Of a stretch of 64,000 bases of DNA, positions 56,036 through 64,000 are shown piece after piece. The notes beneath the pieces were generated by a model. That model saw only the letters and a list, made by a program, of their open reading frames with translations. It made no database searches and had not been told where the DNA came from. Origin of the DNA: a virus; IMG/VR virus record IMGVR_UViG_3300001390_000008, positions 29,805 through 93,804 of that record. One strand, 5' to 3'. Position numbers and translations under genes: made by a program. The stretch's first letter is position 1. Each line of letters starts with the position of its first letter.

Positions 56036-56368
56036 TCAGTTCTCCTTATAATAAATTACATTAACTAAGAAAGACACTAAAAATGAATATCATTTAATTC
56101 ATCAAAAACTATTGTAGTGACAACTTACTATTAGGTAATCCGGGCCGAATACATAATACTCATTATTTCTTTCCAATCATCGTCTATAAGCCCTGTAGAA
56201 TCAAAAGAGTATTTTAAAACCCTTATTTCATGTGTTAAATGATTCAGCTCTTGCTCTACATATGCCAAATGCTTATAGGTTTGAAAAAGATGTATACGAA
56301 TCTCTTCCTCAGTATAGCTTTCAGAATACGGGTCGATAAGACGCACAAGGTGATTGACCTACTAACTA

Positions 56369-56806
56369 TTAAGTATTTGTTAGGATAGTTACACCGAAGT
56401 CCACCTCAAATGTTTCCCCGGCGGCCATAGTAATAGGACTTGCATAAGACCAGTAGCCTATTAAAGGGCCGACCTTAACGACAGTACCACTATTATATAG
56501 AATGACATGCTGGAAGGGGCCTATAGCACCTGTTGCAGTAACCATCGCCCCCGCCCCTGCGGCAGTAAGGTCTGCTGCGGCGAGTTCATAGGTAGCCACG
56601 TTTAGAACAGAAGTTACAAGGGTTAATGCTACCGGGCCGGTATATCCACCTCCTGCGACTATCTCAGCAAGATCCGCCTTAACCAAATCCAGAACAGCGT
56701 CCGGGGCCGCATTAGTTAGATATACACTTAATGTATCAGTATTGAGGGTGTGTACGCCTTCCGCCATATCTTTGACGAAGTTATTAAATTTATTAAAAAT
56801 TGCCAT
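56369..56806 (-). CDS. putative tail-associated structural protein
   Basis: EIVAGGGYT...GETFEVDF motif common in phage structural proteins. Confidence 0.65.
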   Translation of the reverse strand: MAIFNKFNNFVKDMAEGVHTLNTDTLSVYLTNAAPDAVLDLVKADLAEIVAGGGYTGPVALTLVTSVLNVATYELAAADLTAAGAGAMVTATGAIGPFQHVILYNSGTVVKVGPLIGYWSYASPITMAAGETFEVDFGVTILTNT

Positions 56807-56992
56807 GTGTGTTGTCTCCTAATGGTTGACAAGTAATATGCCCCGCTTTACACCACCACCAAGAAACGAAACCCTAACGTATATTCACCCTGAGTATATA
56901 ACTTTAATGCAATCTATTGCAATATCCGCACATACTACTACTAGTGTGAAATTGATTGCAAGATTTCCCCTTACTGCATTGAAGATATTTAA

Positions 56993-57226
56993 TCAAACAA
57001 CATAAACCCTAACACCAGTTTCACTGGCTATTTTTCCTATTATTATCTGCCCCTGCACCTGTACCCTATCGCCGGGGCGGTATTTAGTAGCGCCTGTCTG
57101 TGACATAACCTGCGCCCCATTTGCGGTACTAACCATTAAAACGCCTGCTTTCGTAGATATTATAACCCCTGTAGTAGCTTTTTGGCCACTAGATAATTTC
57201 TTTATTAGCTCGGTTACTGAACTCAT
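56993..57226 (-). CDS. small OB-like tail-associated protein
   Basis: YRPGDRVQV motif; ATGA overlap. Confidence 0.55.
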   Translation of the reverse strand: MSSVTELIKKLSSGQKATTGVIISTKAGVLMVSTANGAQVMSQTGATKYRPGDRVQVQGQIIIGKIASETGVRVYVV

Positions 57227-57522
57227 TGTGGTCTCATTATAGTCAACCGTGTAAGTAATTCAGGGCCTTTACTTCTATGTGAAATACTGGAAATCTTCCC
57301 CCTCCACACACTACCCTGTAAAGAATCATGTACTTCGACTATTTGGCCCATCTCCACATTATTTCTATATACTGTTTCAAGAGTGGTGGGCCGCATACCA
57401 CTAGCCTCATTTATCTCAAATCTCCCTCTATCCAATGCAACGGCTACACTGGTAATCATAGGGTCTACAACATCCTCCCCTTGATGATCGCCTGCGTCAC
57501 GTATGACAATTAGGTCTATCAA
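57223..57522 (-). CDS. tail-associated protein
   Basis: GQIVEVHD...WRGKISSISH, resembling a hub C-terminus. Confidence 0.55.
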   Translation of the reverse strand: MIDLIVIRDAGDHQGEDVVDPMITSVAVALDRGRFEINEASGMRPTTLETVYRNNVEMGQIVEVHDSLQGSVWRGKISSISHRSKGPELLTRLTIMRPQ

Positions 57523-58022
57523 GGTGCCGTACCTACTATATAGATAAGCACAGGAAACGAGGTTTCACCACCCAAAGTTATAGGTACCCCAGTAAGTCGT
57601 CGGGCCATAGCCTGAGAGGTGTAAGTTACTTTGAGTACAGCTACCCCCTTTGTTGCTGCGGTAAGATTTTGCTCACTACCTACTGTGACCGCGCCCAGAC
57701 TGTTACCTATCCATTGGTAGGTAAAGTTAGCGGTTACCGGGTATGCAGTATTAGCCGTTTTACTATCCTCAAAATTAATGAATTCATCTTTAGTAATATT
57801 AACTGTATTGGATAAGAAGAGTATGCTGCCGGAGGATGGGGCAATACTATCCAATGCTACATTCGACGTTTTAAAAATGAGGAAAGCGGGTTCTTCTCCG
57901 GGGGCAAATTGGGCATCCCCACTGTTATACCCCGTAACTCTATCATCTATCTCTGCCGTTAGTATGCCACGGTCAGTTTGCCCGAATTGTACAACAAGTG
58001 AAGTAGTTATTAAATTAGCCAT
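57519..58022 (-). CDS. putative virion protein
   Basis: 167-aa beta-rich ORF. Confidence 0.55.
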   Translation of the reverse strand: MANLITTSLVVQFGQTDRGILTAEIDDRVTGYNSGDAQFAPGEEPAFLIFKTSNVALDSIAPSSGSILFLSNTVNITKDEFINFEDSKTANTAYPVTANFTYQWIGNSLGAVTVGSEQNLTAATKGVAVLKVTYTSQAMARRLTGVPITLGGETSFPVLIYIVGTAP

Positions 58023-61000
58023 TTATCCTAGATCCTCTACTAAGAACTGTGCATCTGTGGTAGGCGGGGCACTAGTATCATACTCGACCGCCTCCGTTGT
58101 ATATGTAATCTCGGCAAGACCATACCCACTGTTTACTGTTAAGGGTGTAGTTATTTCAGTACCATGTCCTTCATGTACCAATGCACCTAAAGAGGTGGAT
58201 CTCCAATCTATACTATCTATAGAGACAATAGGATAGCTTACATTACCCACCCCTTCCACAAATTCTACTAATTGTACTTCTTCCCTCTGCACAACTCCGC
58301 GAATAGCTAGAGTAATTGAGGGGCCATTAGTTTGTATAACCCTTATAGTGAGTCTCCACGGATCAGGGTATACCCTTAATATGCCACGTAAAGAGTCTCC
58401 ATCTATGTCATCGTTATCATAATACTCTATCTTATCAGAGAAGACACCACTACCCTCCCTGATTCTAAATTTATTCCATAAAGCAAAAGGCTGCGTTTGC
58501 TCGAATGCAGATAAATTATCTGCTACATCTGTATATATTTGATCTGGTGTGGCCGCAGTATACTGATTAGTATCAATTCCCCATGTATACCGTATCTGTA
58601 AAGTACCATCCTTTAAGGTTTCCGGGATAGCCCCGACAGTTTTTACTATTTGTGAGACCAGTTTTATAGGGGATATATCCTTAGCGGAAACCCTATAGGC
58701 GGGTATTAGCCAATTTTGTATATTCCATGTAACCAATTCACCTAATATAGTCTCTACAACATCTTTAGCCATCATAGCTGATGTCATTTCAAAATTAATA
58801 GAAGCCGCCCTAGGTACTTTATGTTTTATGGCCGGGCTCAGCCCCGTAATTTTTAAGGTTTCTTTTGATGGTTTACTTCTATCTATCGACCTTTCTTCCA
58901 CCACCATCTCATAGGAGTCTGTACCTATATTCACAGTAAACGGGCTATCCTGTATAAATTGATTATATGCCCCCAAATTTTCTAATATTACTGTAGATGA
59001 CCATATAAATGACCCTTCTCTCATCTCTACAGATACTGATGAAACTTTTATTTTTTGCCCGCTCACCATCACATTTACATCATCTATAGAGGTTATTACT
59101 GTTTCGTCCAATAGGGAGTATCTATAGATGAAATCAGTAAGTGCCCGATCTCTCAAATCAATAGAATAAACAAATCTCATATCAGAAACCACCGGAGATA
59201 TGCTCACATAAGGGAAGATCGTCTGCATTATGGGGTGCGAACGTAAAGAGTATGGAAAGCTCTTCTGAGTAACTACTGAATCCGCATCTCTATAAATAAA
59301 GATAGTCTGTGTTGTTACTTTAACACTGTATACATAGCCTATAGAGCTAATTGCATAAGGGGGTTTAAGGGCATAGGGGAAAGTTATCTGGCCTAATACA
59401 GGAACTAAGCTTGTGTATGGGAGAGTTATGGCGGTTAGCACAGAATAATGTATAGGAAATCTTATCTGTAGGGCGACCCTGGTCTGGTACGGAAAAGAAA
59501 AGTTGTTAGATACATATAACGCGTAGGGTAACCCTATCTGTAATCTAACATCCTGCCATGCTGCTATAGAGTATTGTGCATAAAATGCAGTAATCTCGGC
59601 CCCGGTTAGTTGATATTCATTAGTCCATGTTCTATCCATTTCATTACCTCCTAGAGGTACACTAAAATCTAAAAATTGTTGTGCGGCCCAATTAGCCGCA
59701 AAACCGGATGCTATATCCATAGGCCAAGACCAGTCTATAGAACCTAAATAATATATATAATCTTGTCTGGCTACGCCCCAGTCATAAAGCATATTGGCTT
59801 TATGCCCCGGACTAGCCCACCATGCATCAAAATGTTTCTGAGATATGTCTTCTATAGTAGGAAAAAGTACCGTGTCGGGATCTGCATAGTATAGCCCTTG
59901 ATCCAGGTTCTCTGAATGACCGTAGATAGTATCGGCTAGCATAGTATCCGCTTTTTGCTGATATGTTTGAAAACCAAAATCAAAAGAGGGGTCGAAATGC
60001 CAGTACACCGTATCATGTTTAATGATCTGCCTTAGTATAAGGTAGGCATAATCATCAGATATGGGGGGCGCTCCTGCCGCAAACAAAGACTTAAAAGGAG
60101 TTAGTGGTGGAATTTCTGCTAATCTTGCGGCATTAACAAGGTTCAGATTGTGGGTATAGTATGTACTTCCTACTATATACTCTTCATGACTCTCTTCTCT
60201 GAATTGCCCTCTTGACCAGTCCTGATCTAATGTCCTAACAAACCCGGTTAGATTACCCTGTGCAGATATTACTAGATCCGCCCCCCCTAGTATTTGTATT
60301 GTGGCGGTACCGGCCAAGCTTACAATCTCATTCATTTCAATACCAAATACAGGCTGCATTACTATCTGCCCGTTGGCGACCATATAGATACTAGTATCCC
60401 TAGAATCCCAGTGATATATCCGGGCAGATTCATAATATTTATAATTAGTCCATGGTGTCATGCTCCCCGCTAAACCTACAACAGAATCAAGAGCGGAATC
60501 AGAATCAGAGTCCCCATAAGTAGAAGTTATACGGTCTAGTTTTGGGTATTGCCCCCCAGCATAATAGGCAAAGGCCTCGTTTAGGGGGTCATCTATCTCC
60601 ACCCAACCAGACCAATCTAAGGTAGGCCTAAAGGCGTCTGCAAAGTTAAACCAGTACCTCCATACTTGTGAATTAGCTGCATTTGTTAACCCATAGGCAA
60701 CTATGTATGTAGTCCCTAATTTTCTCTCTAAAGAAACCCCTAGATAAGTATTAGTAGGCCCGACCCCATATTCATCGAAATTCCCGGCAGTTAGTTCATT
60801 TAAAAAATTAGTATTCTCTGTACTATAAGACAGAGAATCTGCATTAATGGTATACCATATTTTTGTTGTTAAACCAGAACCCGCAATATCAGATATAACT
60901 ATATAATTAGTCGTTCCACCATCTGCACTAAAATACTGATTTATTGGGGTTTTATACCCTTTAACCACAGCATCTACCACAAGAGGTAGTGGGGAACTAG

Positions 61001-61826
61001 TATGCTCTGCATAAACACCTGTGTCTGCATCTACTTTTACCACCATAACTGCACTGGTACCTAGTATATACAAATGCCATATATTAGTTCCCGGTACTCT
61101 TACTGTAAGCATAGGATTTCGTAGGTAAAAACTAGTATTTAGGGCGATACTTATGTTTATTGATCCGTCATATACTACTGTGTTAGTTGTAAAATTAACT
61201 TTATACAACTTTAAAGTAGAGTTTGGGGCAGTTGCTGGGTGAACAGCCGCTACCCAAGTATTTGTAGCACCTGTACCAAAAATACCTACCATATTTCTTT
61301 CAGAAAATGAATCTATATGCAAAACACCATTATTGCCTGCTACTTCTTCATTCCATACAACAAATAAATTACCGCCCTCTTCAAAGGCCCCTGCTCGATA
61401 GTCTGGGTATATGGCCCCCGCCCCTCTTTGGCGTATAGTTCCTACCCCCCCATCCCAAGTAGTTGCATTATTGTCTGCTGTGCCTGCTGTGGAAAGGGGG
61501 GCAGGGGAAAAGAAAGAATTACGGTATCCGTCATTTAGGTATGTATAATCTGCCACTAAATAGGCCCCAGCTACGTGCATCCCTGCATGTATACGAGAGC
61601 CACTAGCATTTCTTGTATATCCTGTAAGTAGTATGTCATCTACATAATAGCCGTAGGTTGTCCAGCTAAAGCTAGACACTTCCCCTACATCAAATTTGCC
61701 GGTATCGCCCCCTTTGCCATCCAACATCCATGTCCACCCTATAGGGTCTTTAGCAGGCAATACTGGGCCCACCTTAGTGCCATCCATGACACTGTATGCT
61801 CCTGCGGATAGATCAATAATAGCCAT
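58023..61826 (-). CDS. large tail/baseplate protein with internal CAP/SCP-like domain
   Basis: 1267 aa; VNAARL..PPL and FDAWWASPGHKANML; xFPY repeats. Confidence 0.7.
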   Translation of the reverse strand: MAIIDLSAGAYSVMDGTKVGPVLPAKDPIGWTWMLDGKGGDTGKFDVGEVSSFSWTTYGYYVDDILLTGYTRNASGSRIHAGMHVAGAYLVADYTYLNDGYRNSFFSPAPLSTAGTADNNATTWDGGVGTIRQRGAGAIYPDYRAGAFEEGGNLFVVWNEEVAGNNGVLHIDSFSERNMVGIFGTGATNTWVAAVHPATAPNSTLKLYKVNFTTNTVVYDGSINISIALNTSFYLRNPMLTVRVPGTNIWHLYILGTSAVMVVKVDADTGVYAEHTSSPLPLVVDAVVKGYKTPINQYFSADGGTTNYIVISDIAGSGLTTKIWYTINADSLSYSTENTNFLNELTAGNFDEYGVGPTNTYLGVSLERKLGTTYIVAYGLTNAANSQVWRYWFNFADAFRPTLDWSGWVEIDDPLNEAFAYYAGGQYPKLDRITSTYGDSDSDSALDSVVGLAGSMTPWTNYKYYESARIYHWDSRDTSIYMVANGQIVMQPVFGIEMNEIVSLAGTATIQILGGADLVISAQGNLTGFVRTLDQDWSRGQFREESHEEYIVGSTYYTHNLNLVNAARLAEIPPLTPFKSLFAAGAPPISDDYAYLILRQIIKHDTVYWHFDPSFDFGFQTYQQKADTMLADTIYGHSENLDQGLYYADPDTVLFPTIEDISQKHFDAWWASPGHKANMLYDWGVARQDYIYYLGSIDWSWPMDIASGFAANWAAQQFLDFSVPLGGNEMDRTWTNEYQLTGAEITAFYAQYSIAAWQDVRLQIGLPYALYVSNNFSFPYQTRVALQIRFPIHYSVLTAITLPYTSLVPVLGQITFPYALKPPYAISSIGYVYSVKVTTQTIFIYRDADSVVTQKSFPYSLRSHPIMQTIFPYVSISPVVSDMRFVYSIDLRDRALTDFIYRYSLLDETVITSIDDVNVMVSGQKIKVSSVSVEMREGSFIWSSTVILENLGAYNQFIQDSPFTVNIGTDSYEMVVEERSIDRSKPSKETLKITGLSPAIKHKVPRAASINFEMTSAMMAKDVVETILGELVTWNIQNWLIPAYRVSAKDISPIKLVSQIVKTVGAIPETLKDGTLQIRYTWGIDTNQYTAATPDQIYTDVADNLSAFEQTQPFALWNKFRIREGSGVFSDKIEYYDNDDIDGDSLRGILRVYPDPWRLTIRVIQTNGPSITLAIRGVVQREEVQLVEFVEGVGNVSYPIVSIDSIDWRSTSLGALVHEGHGTEITTPLTVNSGYGLAEITYTTEAVEYDTSAPPTTDAQFLVEDLG

Positions 61827-61838
61827 TAGCTATTGCTT

Positions 61839-62264
61839 CTACATCCCAATCCATAGTTGTGTATCTAAGAATCTTGGGGTGTTGCCCGTTTCTATTAATT
61901 TAGGGGTCGTTAAATCAATAATGTGGTATACGTTACCCGCCCCAGCAGAAGCGTCTATAGTGAATGCTGTTGTTATTGTCCCCCAAGAAGCAGTAGCATC
62001 CGGGAAAAGAACTGTTCCTGTTATAAAGCTTTTACCTGCACTATCCGCTACAGCCCACGGGTAACTTGACCCTACCCCTATCTGAATTCTGGCGTACCCT
62101 GAACCTACAGTAGTCACCTCATCTGTTATTAGATTATTTCTTAAATTTGTAGATGCTGTAGCGAGGCCTAGATACATCACTGAATAGCCGGGCGTCCATT
62201 GTGATTTTAAATTAACCTGATCTAAAATCTCTTTTGCTACCCATAATGCAAATTGTGTGGCCAT
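61839..62264 (-). CDS. tail-associated structural protein
   Basis: YLGL...EV..SGYARI...FPDATASWGTIT...AGAGN motif. Confidence 0.65.
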   Translation of the reverse strand: MATQFALWVAKEILDQVNLKSQWTPGYSVMYLGLATASTNLRNNLITDEVTTVGSGYARIQIGVGSSYPWAVADSAGKSFITGTVLFPDATASWGTITTAFTIDASAGAGNVYHIIDLTTPKLIETGNTPRFLDTQLWIGM

Positions 62265-62273
62265 AATATTCTC

Positions 62274-63869
62274 CTAAATAAATGTTCCTATATGAATACG
62301 CATAGAATTAAATAAAGTGAAATCTGTAGTATTGGCCGCTACTGTTCTTTTTACCCATATAGCTACGGCCTTCTGTGCATTTAACACTCCTATAGTCAGT
62401 GGAGTATTTTCTGTTGGGCTAATAAAAGTTACCCCTATGGGGGCAGTATACTCATCGCTTATCGTTGGTGCTATACCATTTGAAGTTCCATTACCTTCCC
62501 CTATCGGGTCTGGCCCAACCATAAAAGCAGTAGCTACCACAGGCTGTGGGTCTATCCAAAGAACCAATCTGAGTGTTTTATTACTAGCATTATTTTTAAC
62601 ATAAAAACAACGATAGCTGTCTCTCCCGGAATGGCAATCAAGGGGTGTTGCTACCCTGAATAATCTATATCTCGGGTTATTAACTTCTATAATCTGGTTT
62701 GTACTAGAGACGGGGTAAGTTCCATCACACTTTACCGTAAGAAATCCATGTTCTATATCACCTAATAAATAAACACCTAACCCACTGGAAATATCTACTG
62801 CTTGTGTATCCCCAAAAGAATACCCGTGGGGTGTCCACATATACTGTTTCGGTGGGCCTGATATAAAATCTAGTCTGCCACTGTTCCCATGTGGGTTATC
62901 ATAAGCATTAATTATTGTAGCACCAGTCATAACAGTAGCAGTAAAGTGCTGAAACTTTGAATAAACCTCTTTACCCGCTGCTGTAGATAATGGGCCCCCC
63001 AAACTATCATATTGATCTTCTGTAGCTGCCCCCGAATAATATAATTTTATATCTGATACATCCCCCGATCCGTCTGGGCTTAAGGAGTCTGTAACAAGGT
63101 TAGCCACTAATCCTATACTGGCAGTTTTTACATAAACTATAGACTGGGGTACCTTTAACCCTGTAAGAGATATATCTGGAGTCTTTATATATGAGAGAGC
63201 TAATGCAGAAGCTCGTATTCCAGTAAGATTTATCTCGCTAGCTCTCGCCTCTACATTAAGATAATGCGGAAAGGCCTTTACCCCATTCATGCGTAATTTT
63301 GAAACAGAAGCCACCCGTGCTGATCTTGCGGTTACTAATACCCCGGACAAGCTAAGACTAGAAGTTTTTGGCTGTAGTACATCCTCATTATTTACTGGGC
63401 GTACAGTCAGGGTTAGCTTCGGGGTATTCACCCGTGCAACTTGTGGGCCGACGCTTGTCTTTAATGCAGTCAGTCCTATTTGCGATGATTTTATTGTAAG
63501 TACATTAAGTGGATCTTCGTGGAAAATCCTGCACTCTACTACATCGCAGTAACCATTCTTATTATCTGATAGCTGTGTATTGTATAATGATAAGTAAGTA
63601 GAAAAATCAGTACTTCTTACATCTACATCTGTAAGATTATCCCAGCCCCATTCAAACAAAGAATAATCAAACTCTCTTTTTACATAAGTAGTCTGTAGTA
63701 GATAAGCATCTGCATTATTAGTTCCAGCAGGAACTCCCCCCTCTGCAATAGCTTGGGTATCTATATGGCAGGCATTTACCTCTATCTGGTCGGCAGTCTG
63801 CGCCTTTAACCTAAACCTAATCGCCACTCTGCCTATATAATTACCTGATGGAATATCGGACAACCACAT
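62274..63869 (-). CDS. putative tail protein
   Basis: 531 aa; SLGG, YRCFYVKNN, AIWVKRTVAA motifs. Confidence 0.6.
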   Translation of the reverse strand: MWLSDIPSGNYIGRVAIRFRLKAQTADQIEVNACHIDTQAIAEGGVPAGTNNADAYLLQTTYVKREFDYSLFEWGWDNLTDVDVRSTDFSTYLSLYNTQLSDNKNGYCDVVECRIFHEDPLNVLTIKSSQIGLTALKTSVGPQVARVNTPKLTLTVRPVNNEDVLQPKTSSLSLSGVLVTARSARVASVSKLRMNGVKAFPHYLNVEARASEINLTGIRASALALSYIKTPDISLTGLKVPQSIVYVKTASIGLVANLVTDSLSPDGSGDVSDIKLYYSGAATEDQYDSLGGPLSTAAGKEVYSKFQHFTATVMTGATIINAYDNPHGNSGRLDFISGPPKQYMWTPHGYSFGDTQAVDISSGLGVYLLGDIEHGFLTVKCDGTYPVSSTNQIIEVNNPRYRLFRVATPLDCHSGRDSYRCFYVKNNASNKTLRLVLWIDPQPVVATAFMVGPDPIGEGNGTSNGIAPTISDEYTAPIGVTFISPTENTPLTIGVLNAQKAVAIWVKRTVAANTTDFTLFNSMRIHIGTFI

Positions 63870-64000
63870 ATTAAAGTTATATGCACGTAACCAATATGAA
63901 TTTTCTGTTTTATCTATATTAGTGTCGGCATCTACAGAATCTTCTGCTGTTATATTAGCAGTATTTGACCATATTGGTGGATTGGGGTCATTGAGAACTA

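Noticed and set aside
21-63552. Plus-strand ORFs in the six-frame track
   Set aside because: Almost all are antisense shadows of credible minus-strand genes, without RBSs or recognisable motifs.
52865-63869. Diversity-generating retroelement or shufflon in tail genes
   Set aside because: No reverse transcriptase or invertase in the window, and no TR/VR pair noticed by eye.

Overview
A 64-kb segment of a large, AT-rich tailed dsDNA phage. Essentially all credible genes are on the minus strand. Reading in transcription order (right to left): (1) tail/receptor-binding and other virion genes (~52.5-63.9 kb), including a 1267-aa protein with a CAP/SCP-like domain and a 20-repeat protein; (2) a lysis and envelope cluster (M15 endolysin, holin-like proteins, lipoprotein, DUF1353, thermonuclease); (3) a Ycf46-like AAA ATPase + DUF1257 + DUF2997-like module; (4) a replication/recombination block (lambda-O-like initiator, DnaB, UDG-domain PolA, primase, SSB, SF2 helicase, RecA, PD-(D/E)XK nucleases, RuvC); (5) terminase small and large subunits and a tRNA(CAT); (6) a ~23-kb accessory/early region of small ORFs with two DNA methyltransferases, RadC/JAB, an HNH endonuclease and several structured intergenic elements. 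Three inteins (terminase, RecA, AAA ATPase) all sit in Walker A motifs. The most notable observations are: integron attC-like sites bounding a phage methyltransferase gene that is inverted relative to normal cassettes; two ~180-200-nt RNA-like elements closed by long helices, one tRNA-derived; three composite AT-repeat/iteron elements; a 16-bp palindrome present about 16 times; and a plasmid-like antisense-RNA arrangement in front of the replication initiator. All protein calls come from motif recognition by eye; no searches were run.
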